Shown: piece by piece, positions 23,430 to 35,469 of the stretch | How the letters are laid out: each line of letters begins with the position of its first letter | How positions within the stretch are numbered: position 1 is the stretch's first letter | DNA from: Rhodosorus marinus CCMP1338 | Taxonomy: Eukaryota > Plantae > Rhodophyta | Reading direction: 5' to 3' | Assembly (NCBI GenBank): GCA_029953675.1 | Contig: JAMWBK010000010.1 | Location: 124,001-188,000, forward strand | DNA: 64,000 nt | Notes under the pieces: generated by a model | Told to the model about the DNA's origin: nothing | The model's database searches: none | What the model saw: the letters and a program-made list of their open reading frames with translations, nothing else | Program-made: the position numbers and the translations under genes

Positions 23430-23461
23430 CACCGCCCTCACCGCCCTCACCGCCCTCACCG
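23430..23461. repeat. (CACCGCCCT)x3, three GC-box-like GGGCGG motifs ~230 bp upstream of the transporter start
   Basis: The perfect 9-bp triplication is seen directly; a regulatory role is inference. Confidence 0.7.
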
Positions 23462-24468
23462 ATTACTACACTGGTTAAATCGGAGTGCTCCTCAATTTTA
23501 TCTATCGATGAAAGCTCAGTGGCTCTAGGTGCGGCTGGTCAGCACCCCGGCATAGAAACATAGCACTGAGCAGATGGGCTCTGGCCGCTTGGACCAAGTC
23601 TAATCCTCCATAGAAACAGATTTTGCACTAAAAAAATGGACGACATGACTTCGACGATCAGTTGTGGATAAGGGAAGTTGACAGACAAAAAAAGAGAGGG
23701 AAAGGATAGAAAGGGGGGGGGGGGGGGTATAGGGGGTAGGGGGGAGCGGTGAGAGCGGTTTCTTGATCAATAGCATGCTCAAATTATGATATATAACCAA
23801 AAAGGATTGAAACGATGAATTCATACGTGTGAAAGGACGAGTTATAGATGTATAGAAATAATGTCAACTTCGGCGTTCAGGTAGGTGACGCTTAAATCTA
23901 TTGAAGTAATTGAAATTTATTTATATGTAGAATTTTTGAGGTAGAATCCATTTTAAGCTTCCGCCCAGTCCGTTGATTGAACTGACACCTGCAACGGTAC
24001 GCAACCCCCCTTATAGAATCTAATACTTCAATATGTGAAATCCTGCCAGACATTGACGGGGAAGAAGTGTACCCCTGACGGTAAAAACAATGGCTTATCG
24101 ACGGTGGTCTCCATACCCCTCATCCCGCACCCGTCGTCCAACGAATTAATACTATTCATTCATTCGTTCCTGATTGTTCAGTGCTATTGACGAAACCATG
24201 AAGGAACGAACTCTCCACTCGTTTTTGAGGGGTTCGACGATATCAATGGATTTCCCTTCATTTACCCCAGGGGTGAAGTCGAAAAGAAAAAGTAAAGAAT
24301 CAACACGGATGAAACCATGCATCAACCTACCCCCTTCCTGACTTATTTTGCCGCAGAAACAGAATCCGTATATTTTTGACCAGTGGACGTTTAAAATGTC
24401 TAATAATGTATGAAAAATTCCTCTCCGGTTCTGAGGAAGGTGGGCCTGCCTAACCCCTAGTCCTAGTG

Positions 24469-24558
24469 CTATGCCCGACCCCCTAACGCAGGACATCCTA
24501 TGCCCGACCCCCTAACGCAGGACATCCTATGCCCGACCCCCTAACGCAGGACATCCTA
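24469..24558. repeat. 29-bp minisatellite x3
   Basis: CTATGCCCGACCCCCTAACGCAGGACATC is repeated perfectly at 24469, 24498 and 24527. Confidence 0.97.
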
Positions 24559-24866
24559 ATTCTTCGATTGCAGTCCTAAGGGGTGCATCTCAGGCCCATA
24601 GAGTTTTCTGGAATTCAGAGTGTCAGGATCAATGCCCTCTCTTCCCGCTCAACCCTCCCCCCCCCCCCCCCCACCAAACCATGAAAGAACGTCATGCTGT
24701 AAGTCCCTGGCAGAAGTATGCTTCAAGTTCTTTGAAAGTCCAGCTTGAAGTCACTCCCAGTACAGTGATAAACTGACATTGCAACCCCTCAGCAATACAC
24801 CCGAACAGTTACGGAGTCATTTGAAAACTCGAGAGCACACTCTCCCTCCCCCCGCCCCGGCAAAGT

Positions 24867-25561
24867 TTATCGTCAACTATTATGGGGGTTAAGCAAGGGC
24901 TGATATCCAAGCGTAGATAAAGCAGTCTATGCAGAAACTAACCTGGTCCTCATATGGCCTCGGAAATTGCCAACAATCAAAAGCGAACAATCATCTTCCG
25001 AAAAAAAAATTGCAAAAAACACCTCATTGACTTCAAAGTAGTGATAAGAGCCAATACCAACTCATCAATTTTCCCTTGAAAGATATTTTGTAAACTGCTA
25101 GTGCAACGGGGGGGTAAGTCAGCGGCATTCTCTCCTTAATCAATTATACTATTGCATAGATTATCAAAGTACGCCGAATTCCCCCTATGCAAAAAGCTTT
25201 TAAATATTCATCGGCGAATACATGGGTGCTGTGTCGGTAACCGTTAAAAAACTTCTGGACCTCTCATAAATTATTCAAATTCATCAATTACTGATAATCC
25301 CATTTCCAGATTCAACTTTTAAAAAAGGAAACGTTATATACGTTGGCGCGTATTCAGTCGATTCAGGGCACCGGATAAGACTGCAAAGCGCAACTCCTTT
25401 GAAGTCAAAGGATTTTGTTTGCAATTAGCTTTTCGGAAGTTGATGTGCTTTTGATTGCTGGCAATTTGCGACGCAATATCAGAACCCTTTCTGGCAAACC
25501 TGCTTTTTACCTGCGCTTGGATATCGGCCCTTATCGTAACCCCTATACTAGTTGACGATAA
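24867..25561. mobile_element. Fold-back/MITE-like element with long degenerate terminal inverted repeats (~170-180 bp)
   Basis: Left arm TTATCGTCAACTA..GGGGTTA..AAGGGCTGATATCCAAGCG..AAATTGCCAACAATCAAAAGC..CTTCCGAAAA..TTGACTTCAAAG (24867-~25045) matches the reverse complement of ~25393-25561. Non-coding; no clear TSD. Confidence 0.75.
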
Positions 25562-28087
25562 CCCCCCCTTTTCGTGGATGTTAAAAAAGCTACCGTTTCA
25601 AGAACCCAGCGTCGCAACACGCTAAAAATTGAGTCTATCCCACGTCACGACTTTTTTCGCAAAAGGATAAATTCTAAAAATACTTTTGGAAACCATGTCG
25701 AAATTCTGGCTCCTAGACAACGTAGAATCCCCAAAAACCGCGCGGGTAATATCCAGCCTGCCCACCCCCCTCTCACAACGCCCATGACCTCCCTTTGTTG
25801 GAGCCCTAGGGGTCGACATATCTATTGCTTGGATCTATCGTACAAATTAAACGGGAGAAAGGGGGGGGGGTTTCTTCCGACAATGGAAGACTCCATAATT
25901 TTTCCCGGCGGATTTGGATTTAGTTGTTTTCAACTAATTTGCACGATTTATTTTTCGTTCGGGCGACTAGACTCAACACTACTCTCCATCATTTAGACCG
26001 TCCAAAAAAAATTCCCTTAATTTTTGTTATGCAAACTCGGAAGAATTCCTGACAGTGCTTTGAATAACATCGCACAATTCCAATCCTTGGTTTTCGTTTT
26101 GGCCTCATAGAGGCCTCTTTTACCCTCTTTCTCGTTCCATGGCATCTGACAGCACCAGCAAAAGGCGGACCTCCAATGGCAATGGAAAATACTCCCAAAT
26201 TGACCAAAAACCCCAGCTCCCAACCTCCCAGCTTCAAAAGAAACAAACTAAGAATGAGGTGATGGAGAACCTATTAAATATTCAATTTAAAAAAACCAGG
26301 ATCAATTGATGTGTGCAAGCGCCAATCGATCATGTGTTGTGTTTCCTTTCTAAAGAAATTTACTAAGAATATCAAACACGAAGAGGGGGGTGGGGGTGGA
26401 GGCGTCGGGGGATGTAGGAAGTTCAACTCGTTCTACCCCCCCACCGACCTCCACCTTTCCTTTCTTCGAACTGAAAACCCTCACTAGTTGACCAATTGCT
26501 CATTGCGATAAGCCAGAATTTGTTCTAAAACAATGACAAATTCAGGGAAACTCGCAACGAATGTAAATTCAGCTATCACCGCTACCCATTAATAAAACCA
26601 GAAAAATTCCCGAGCGTCGCTTATTATAAGCGATGATTCGTCAAAGCGATTGATCGCTCGATTGAATTGGATGAAAACGCGTTTAGTCTTATAGAATTCA
26701 CCGTTCTCGACTTTCAAATTTATTCACCGCTCTCAACCCCCCACCCCCCCTCTACACTCTCCTATCTGCTTATGTGAAACAAGTACTGAAGGAAGGGTCC
26801 CATAGGGCGGACGTTCCTGACTGGGGAAACAGATCGGCCTTCCAGCAGTGCGTGAACCAGTAACGAATTTTTTTCTTCTGGGAAATGCAGACCCTTTATG
26901 TACAAAAATAGCTGCTCGGGTAGAGTTCTTTGTCGATTGCAAAGGTTTTGGCCGGCGGTTTGGTTGGGCACAGCCACTGCTCTATGGTTTTCGCCCTATG
27001 AGTCTGATGGCTCTCGAACGATACGGACACTTCTCTGTTGCGATGTGAAGGATCTGTTCAAACGAGGACTCGTTAGAACGGGACAAACAGCAGAAGAAAA
27101 TATATCAAACGCCCGGTTACGGTCTTTGTCCTAGTTGGACATGCGCTTTGAACACCAAGGCCGAAGACTTTGAGAAAAGTTCAGAGCCCGGATGGCATTC
27201 ACTAGCTCGACTGTTCCGATCTTGCAAGCGAAGAGGCGCGGGATCTCGGAACTCTCTTTAAGTTTCTTCTGTTGACATGTCGTGGGCCTGTAAAAATGGC
27301 GAGTATACAAAGCAGTGGAAACAAGCTCTTGTAGGTTTACAGTGAAGTTTCTGTGACAATCGGTCCTAGTCCTTCTCCACCTTTTGCCATCCCTTGCCGC
27401 AATGACCGGCTGGAACGCTACTATCCACGCACAATAAGCGTATGCCAAACTTGCCCAGCCGGATATACTGCTTAAAACATTTTCACAACAACCTTCGTCT
27501 GGTTCCTGACGTCAGGTACTCCTACAATACTTCGACCCCGACAATTACTGTGGCTTTTTGCCGTAGGCAACGTATGATTCTCATTCTACGCAACTGGCTT
27601 TGTCGGGCACCCAATCTCGGCCCTTTCGTTGAGCGGTCGAAAAATGTGAGTATGCTTTATGTGCTTGGATGGAAAATTCCGCATACTCGGTTTCTGACCT
27701 GGTCTTTAAATAGAGTAGATCATCATCCGTTTATAGTAGATCTGTGTTGAGGCTATTCTTTACAGTTCCATGCCACATCCGCTCCGAGTACGATCGACAA
27801 GTCCAACGTCCCACGTACGCGTGCATGCGTTGTATGATCCACTCTGTTGGATTGCGCCTAATTGCGCGTATTCAAGAACCGTGGCATGTAGTGGTGACTC
27901 CCAAAATGCTCGTTATAATTAGCTTCCGTGCTATATACAAAACTCACTACTTCAGCCTCATGAACCGCCGCGTCATGAATGCAAATCTCCCGGCTGCCTG
28001 CCGACCTTACCACGTAGCGCCGGAGGAGGCACGCGGGCAAGCCACGCATTGCGCCTTGCCGATCACCTGTTCGTAGTGCTATTTCAT

Positions 28088-30643
28088 TCAACTCACGTTT
28101 CTGAGTACGTCCTTCAGTCTCATCAATTGTATGTATTGACCTCCACCTTGTGGACCGTCCATTTTCGCCATTTCCAGCACCATTAGAAGTTTCTTGATCC
28201 CGAAATTCATGCTCTTCAGGATATCTACAGCTTGTTTTCTCTCAGCTGGACCCTCAAACTGAAACGCGCTCATCACATTAGAGACTAGAGACGCGTCCGA
28301 ATTGCCAGCGCTAAGGGGGGACAGAGTCTCTATCTCGCACTGTCCGTTTAGAAGCATATCGATTTCGTCGTAGTCCAGGCATTTCGTTGACAGCACTGCG
28401 TTGAAGCCAGCCTTGATGTCAAGAGCTTCCATGGTCTCCACTGATGAAGTGGTAGCAAGTATCAAAAGGCGACGACCTGTTTAAAAAGAAATCATCCGCA
28501 CGTCAGATCAAAGAATATAGAGAAAGCCGTATGGTCGGACCGGACTGGAAAACTAATCCTGGACGAGTCGTTGAATGAACCATGATCGATTCTCTCAGGA
28601 CCAAGGCTCTGCCTTATGGCCTATCCAACTCTATCTTCTTTGGGGCATTTCTTACCCTTTGGGGGAACAACTTTGACCAGGACTAGGATGGTCTGTACCA
28701 CAGAGTTTGAGTACCTGGGTCCAATCGGGGCGTAGTTAATCATTCTCTCTAGATCGTCAAGAATCAATATAGAATTCGGAGACTTGTGCGCGTCATCAAA
28801 TGCCTGCGGAAACCATTCGGAACAGAAAATACCGTCAAACCTAGTTTCCGTGTGCACGTTCATACATCGCAATCCCTCCCGACGACAACACATCGGATAC
28901 GTAGAGTTGCCATGTCAATCTTACCTTTGCCAAGCCAGCGCACTTGGCCTCTTCAGAATAGCCGACGAACTGACTCGGTGTGACCATGCGCACGAACGGA
29001 AACCCGGATTCTACAGCCAGTTTCGCAGCCAGAGCAGTCTTTCCGGTTCCTGATTTCCCTTCAATTAGGACGGACATGAGGGGGTTCCTCTGCGAATACT
29101 GCACCTCCTGGCGGAATCCACGACCAGCCTCCACGATATCTTGCATTCGCGCCCCGTGGTGTATGAAACCCCCCAGCAGCGCGTTCTCAAAGTCGTCTCT
29201 TCCGATACCAAACGCCGGGGTCACTTCGGTCAGCGCATTGCGGAAATCGTCCTGCCTCACCGTGACCTGCTTCACATCAACAGCCTTGTGTATGTCCCGA
29301 AAGTCAATCTGTCGGTTCAGGGCGAAGGCAGCGGCAGACTTGCAGAGTCCTTCAATTTCTGCGCCGGAGTAGTTCTTTGTTCTGCCTGCAATTTCATCGA
29401 GGTTGACATCCCTTTCCAGAAGCGAGTTGTCACGCATGCTGGCTGTGTGAATTCTTAAGATTTGTTGCCGACCATGTTCGTCTGGAAGGGAGATCTCAAC
29501 GTGGACCTCCAATCTCCCCGGTCGAACCAGTGCTTCATCAATCATGTCCTTTCTGTTCGTCATCCCAATAACCAGGATGTTGTTCAACGCGTTGACTCCA
29601 TCGATCTTCGAAAGCAGTTGATTTACCACCGTGTCATGTACGCCCGTGCCATCACGAGTCGATCCTCTCTGCTTGCAAATTGCATCGATCTCGTCGAAGA
29701 TGATGATGTGAAGCTCGGACTCTTCTCCTCGTTGAGTGTATTCGTCCTCCGCATCCTTGAAGAGGTTCCTAACGTTCTCTTCCGATTGTCCAACGTACTT
29801 GTTGAGAATTTCTGGTCCGTTGACGACCTTGGGCTCTTTGCCGTTAAGCATCTTTCCAATTTGACGGGCGATGAGAGTTTTTCCCGTTCCAGGAGGCCCG
29901 AAAAGCAGCATCCCTTTGACGTGGGAAATCCCCAATTTCTTGATAGTGTCCGCAGGAAAAACTCGGGAAGCAAATGCCCGGCGGAAAATGTCCGAGAATT
30001 CCTTGTCGAGACCCCCAATCCCCATCCGTTCAAAGCTGAAATCAGCTTTGAAAATCTCCCGCTTCTGAGTTTGGGAACCTTTCACGCGGACAGCGGATGA
30101 TGGCGCTTTCATAAACGAAAATTCGGTCGATTCTTGCAGAGAAGCTCGCTTCACAACCTCCTCCGTCATAACGGACGCTATTTTCAGCAGCAGATTGGTA
30201 CCAAAAAAGTCGAGCACAAATCCCTGTCCGGGGGAAGCCACGAAGTTCGCTAGCCGGGATTTCACAAGCTCAGTTAGTTGCATAGCATCGATTTCTATTG
30301 GGTCCGTGCGCTTTGTTGTATAGTCCACTTCCATTGTTACAGCGGATGCGGGCCTAACAGACCCAGATCTAACGACACTCACAGGAAGCTCGTCACCCAA
30401 CGCAACTCGCAACTCTCTTCTCTGAACCGCATTCAGCCCTACACAATGCGCACCAACTCGGCTATCCACCTTCGCCAAGTACACATACCCGCCAAGATCC
30501 ACATGCACCTCCGCAACTTTTCCGAGTCCCAAACCCTCCCCATCGCCAATGTTCACAAAAACACGATTGGTCTTCGCCAAGTCCTGCGACGGACAAGACG
30601 CAACATTCATCCGGACGCCGGATGCTTTTCCCACACCCCACAT
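28088..30643 (-). CDS. NSF: Vesicle-fusing ATPase NSF/Sec18, 3 exons
   Basis: MGIGGLDKEFSDIFRRAFASR, GPPGTGKT, IIIFDEIDAICKQRG, RPGRLEVHVEI, and second Walker A EGKSGTGKT. Introns at about 28811-28919 and 28479-28657. Confidence 0.97.
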
Positions 30644-31008
30644 CCCTCTAAAAGCCTACGCACTCAACCCCACGCAAGTGTCCAACCAAAACACCCAGGA
30701 CAAACCGTGAAACCCCAAGAAATGTTCTACGACTATAATCTAAACATCAATTCTAGTCTTCAAGTCTTCAAGCCTGTAGCCTACTCTCCTAATATCTGCC
30801 GAGACCGCTACACCGTCCTCGCTGGGGGGTCAATCCCTCACAACAGCACCCGCCCAACAATGCTTTGCTTTTGAAGCGTGTGTAAACTACTTGAGAGCGA
30901 CCTGAAGACACCTACTCCGCTGGAATCATTGAGGAGTGGAGTGGTTGTTTGTTTGGAAAGAGCATCAGGCGGAAAGGATATCTTTTAATTCACTGAAGCA
31001 ATGTACAT

Positions 31009-31083
31009 CAGCCGAATGGTGGTAAAGGCGAGGTCCACCAGCCGAATGGTGGTAACGGAGAGGTCCACTAGCTGAATGGTGTA
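31009..31083. repeat. 30-bp tandem repeat x2.5
   Basis: CAGCCGAATGGTGGTAA(A/C)GG(C/A)GAGGTCCAC at 31009 and 31039, with a partial copy at 31069. Confidence 0.9.
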
Positions 31084-31865
31084 GGCAAGATCCATGAGCT
31101 GCTCGATGGTTAAGGCATAACTGTCCTAGTTTGCAGTTGAGCCTTGATTTGTTGAACGGAAATCTCTGCAAAGAATGTGGTGGATGATTCTTGACTTGCT
31201 CGAATTCTCTTCTCGATGGAGAGTTGTGACCGTCCATCGAGTAGGTAGAGTGCAAGGCCTGGTTCATTTTTCTCTGTTTTGGAATCTGTGGAGGGTTGAA
31301 CCAAGTCCGGATTGACTTTCTTCGACAAAGTCTATTTCGGGGATGATGGTCTGCAGAGATTTTGAAATAGTCCTAGGAAATCACTTGTACTCTCGGCTTC
31401 TACCCGCAGGAATAGCTCAGGCCCTCGCCACAAACAGCCAGAGGGGAGGAACATTTCCCCCCCCCCGTGGGGGATGGGAGAACAGAGCTAGGAACGCGAA
31501 GGAGCTACCTGTAGGAGCTACCTGTATCTTGTCGAAGGTCCTGAAGACTTCATCCGAACAGCATTTGAGACATGCTAATCACTCGTACGGCATTCGGAGG
31601 CTGTTAGTTTTCCCAACAAGCTCTACGGCCCAAACAAGTCAAAACCCACTACCACTCCCACCAGGAATAGTCACAACTAACCCAACTCTACAAACAGAAC
31701 CTCAAAATACCATAGATCTAGATCAATAATCCTAAATTTGAATCCTTCCTGCACTCAAAATGATTTCGTCGTTATCGTTTATTTTTAGATTCATGAAAGT
31801 CAATCTGGGATTTAGGTCAGATTTAAGGGCAGGTTTTTCGAACCGTCGAAACCGCCCGGTTTAGC

Positions 31866-32465
31866 TCAGAATCGTCTGTTGCCGTTACTTTGTTTTGTAA
31901 ATAAGTTTTCGGGGTTTCCATTCTTGCTTTGCGACTGACTATCCCGTGAATCAATGGAGTGTGCTTCGGCGATAAGCTCGGTGAACTTCAAGCAAGACGG
32001 CCAATGATGAGCACTAGAGATATCAAAACCGAATGGCTCCGAAGATATTGTTCTTTCAACTTCGCTCTGGACGCTTTTTAGCGAAGGGAGGACTTCGTGG
32101 AGGACCTGCTTATGTGAGTGAACCAACAAGGGCCTTGAGGTTAGGGAGATGAGGGCATTTGGATGCCACATCGTGTTGAAGGAGGAACAATACATGCAGC
32201 AACCATAGTGGCTGGAGGAGCCTACATGTATAGTTTCCCCTTCAACACTCCGTTCAGATATGACCTCTTGACAACTGCCCGCACCATTTCGTTCGTCTTC
32301 GTCGAACGACGATGAGACCATGTTCACAAAATTGGACTCCACAAAATTTATCCCCGAACGCGTTATCGACCAACTACCAACGACAGTGCTCTGACTACCG
32401 CAGTACCCTCTAGGGTGCCTCTTTGGATGATCCCAGAGGGCCTCCGGTCCACACTCAGAACACAT
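31866..32465 (-). CDS. Possible hypothetical protein (199 aa), no recognisable domain
   Basis: ORF length only. Confidence 0.25.
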   Translation of the reverse strand: MCSECGPEALWDHPKRHPRGYCGSQSTVVGSWSITRSGINFVESNFVNMVSSSFDEDERNGAGSCQEVISERSVEGETIHVGSSSHYGCCMYCSSFNTMWHPNALISLTSRPLLVHSHKQVLHEVLPSLKSVQSEVERTISSEPFGFDISSAHHWPSCLKFTELIAEAHSIDSRDSQSQSKNGNPENLFTKQSNGNRRF

Positions 32466-32692
32466 TCAGTAAAACTCATATCGTGTCAATCATTAATTCT
32501 GGAAGCTTCGCTGAGGACAGAAAAAGATGTGTTTGTAGAACTGCGTGAAGGAGGGGGGATGAGAGTTTCGTTAGAAGGACTGGATTGGGATTGTATGTAA
32601 AGAGGGGGAAGCTTTAGGGTATTTTGGATGAAGTGCTCGTTGTGAGAATTTATTTAGTCTGTGGTGATCGGAACGTTTTTTGTTTTTTTTTT

Positions 32693-33534
32693 ATGGCTGA
32701 CCGAGGGGGTGAAGTGAAGGAAGTAGGAGTTGTGAGGGAGGACGTGGGTGAACGGAAGAGACGTAGGAAGTCGCAGGATGAGAGGGACGTGAGGTATTTC
32801 GCAGTTGACGAGGTATTGTGTTCGAGATGCGGTCTTCGTGGGCATTTGTCCTGGGCTTGTCCCGAGCCAGAGCCGGAAGTTAGATGTTTCATATGCGGCA
32901 AGCCAGGGCATGTCTCGAAGGATTGCCAGAAGGAGGTTTGCTATTATTGTGGCGAAACTGGGCACAAGTCTAGAGAATGTCCTCAGAAGTCGAGTGATAT
33001 GGCCAAGGGAAGCGGTAGATGGACTCCGAATAGGGGGTTCTCGAAGAGGGCGAGTTTTGAACCTAAACCGGTTCCCCTGAAATGCTACGTCTGCCATAAT
33101 GAGGGACACCTGGATTGCAGCCTTTCAAATCCGTACCCGGTAGGGAAGCGCTCACAATAGTTACGATTCACCCTATGATCGTCCATTGTGTACTCACCTT
33201 TTTTTCAATTTTGTTCTCATGGCTGCAGGCCAGACTATCATGTTTCAATTGCGGCGAACTCGGCCATTCGGGATTATCCTGCACCTTGCCGAACGTTAAC
33301 AGCACCCTTCATAGTCTGAGTCGGATTATTCGAGAGGACGACCCAGACGGACAGGTTGGAGGTAGAAAACGTAGAAGATCCTCATTCGGTGAGAACCCGG
33401 AGAAACAGAAGGAAATGGCCCGGAGACTCTATGAAAGGCTAGATGAAGATCAGGGCATCGTGAGGAACGGAAACTACTATCGACGTAGCTACGGTGACAA
33501 TCGATACTCTTGGAATCCCCCCCGAGGTAGATGA
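32693..33534 (+). CDS. Five-knuckle CCHC protein, Air1/ZCCHC7-like (TRAMP), 2 exons
   Basis: RYF precedes knuckle 1. Knuckles: CSRCGLRGHLSWAC, CFICGKPGHVSKDC, CYYCGETGHKSREC, CYVCHNEGHLDC and CFNCGELGHSGLSC. Intron 33140-33228. Confidence 0.8.
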
Positions 33535-33617
33535 CCGATTCTATGAGGCAGACACAGCCCCATATACAACACCTAACTACAACCAGTTCTCGTAGTAATT
33601 ATCTTTTTAGCTACGTC

Positions 33618-34855
33618 TTAATATGAAAACCCTGAGTGGCGCCCTGCGCTTTGAAATTTGCCATTGGGGGCTCCCGCTCGTCCTATTAACAATTTCCGTA
33701 AAGACCGCTTGGCTTCGGCCTGATTACTGACAACGCCTACCCGCTCTGGAGCTGGTGCAGTTCTCGAAATTTCTATGCAAAGCATTTTGTGCAACCTATT
33801 CCTTGCTCTTACGTCCACCTTCGAGCCCCATTTCAAGAAGAACTTTTAGGAACGCAGCGCATGCGCTCTCGATGTCATCCATAACTGTCTCATTGTCAAT
33901 CGTATTGAACTGCAACAAAAGAAAAAAGATACCAGAAAGTGTAAAACAGGAAAGTTTGTACTGTCTGTTAGGATAGGCCGCGCCGCTTAGGAAGCTGGTG
34001 AATCCGGGAATGAAACCCTGACTACCTTCGAAATGTCGAGCTCCCACGCAGACTTTGTCAGTAACTGATCACCAGCGATGTCCCTTAATAACCGAATCTT
34101 AGACTCCCAGCGAGTGTAGTCTTCCTTTAGCGTCCTCGCGAGTTTTTCAGCGTCGCTCAGAACTTGACCTCTGACTCTCCTGTCCAAGCAGATGATATAG
34201 TCGTGATTCTCTAGATCGTTTCGCAGGCTGAAAGATGCGCACGGCTTCTCCTCATTTAAGTCAATACCCTTCTTCGCAGCTTCCTCGATGATCTGAAAGG
34301 GAATGGGATCACCAGGTTTTGTGTTGAAACCTTTACAGCCATGGACAATTGACGGGTTAGGAAAAGTCGAGGGTGGTGACAAAGGCTTTATCTCCGGTGT
34401 GCTTCTTCACCTGCAGACAGCGCCAGGAGACTGGCCCCAACATCTGCAGCTTCCGCCTGCTTCATCAGCTGCTTCTCCGCGAAGATTGCTCTCCAGCAGT
34501 TGTCACAAATGAACAAGACCGATAAGGTTTTCTTGCTTCCATCCAAACGAATTGGTCTAAGGTTGCGGGAGCTGTGGTGAACAAACAACAAAGTGGCGGG
34601 GAAAACGAAATTTAAACACAAACTCGATAATCTCTGGTGCTCAACCCAAGACAACTGCCACAAACAGTTCCATCAGAGGAAAGGTCAGTCTGAAAGCATT
34701 TACCTCTTCCATCTCCTCAGAGCCTCCTCAGCGCTCGACGGAACCGACGAGTCCGAAGCCAGCCTCCACCTGGACACTCTCCAGTGACCACATTCTCTTG
34801 TGCGTCTACTTCTCGTCCTTTCAAACACGAGCGTACTTCCTAAAAACCCTAACAT
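33618..34855 (-). CDS. LMW protein-tyrosine-phosphatase-like protein, probably plastid-targeted, with a degenerate active site; multi-exon
   Basis: N-terminus MLGFLGSTL. Motifs LSVLFICDNCWRAIFAE, AAKKGIDL, DYIICLDR, KIRLL and VMDDIESACAAFL. Confidence 0.65.
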
Positions 34856-35469
34856 TAGGCTTTCCAGTGCCTCAAAACCAAAACTCAGTCTCAAACCTTC
34901 TAGACGCAGTTAACCCTAAAGCTTCCCACATGTCCGCCCTCTCCAAACCCTCGAACTCTTAAATGCCGATCTCGACAAGCTAAAAAATAAACCGAAACTC
35001 AAAAAATACAAGATATGGGACAGCGTTGCCAATGTCCCGTGCAAGTGTCCCACTTGGTATTGAGTGAATCCATATTGAAAAGTGAGATTACCGTGCAGGG
35101 TGCTTTCTGATGAACTATGGGTATGACTGTGTGAGAGGGTCCAAGCAAGGTTTGAGCTTTAGGCTTTAGGCTACTGAAACTACTGTCATGTTGAAGACGG
35201 GCAATTGAGTTGAGTCAGAAGCTTGCCCGGTCGCAGGCTCGGATGACGGAAGGATTTTTTTGAGACCGCGTTCCAGATGTGAAAACGGCCACACCCATGG
35301 CCGATGAAGGATTGATTCCTCTATGGTTCCAGCTCTTGTTTACCGTCTGCAAGGGGTTGAGCTTTTGAGGCTTCGATGTGGTTGCTAGGGCCTATTGCTA
35401 TGGCAAACTGCCGCGATTGAAGGTCACCTTGGGTCTATTTACTTGTTGTTTCTGTTGAGGATATGATTT

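Noticed and set aside
23512-23572. Possible structured RNA (GCTCAGT/ACTGAGC outer stem, GGTGC/GCACC inner stem)
   Set aside because: No tRNA, snRNA, SRP or riboswitch consensus; stems of this length occur by chance.
26730-28080. Possible decayed integrase (PTTCQQKK) or other TE in short ORFs
   Set aside because: Only a single weak motif, with no ordered D,D-35-E or HHCC pattern.
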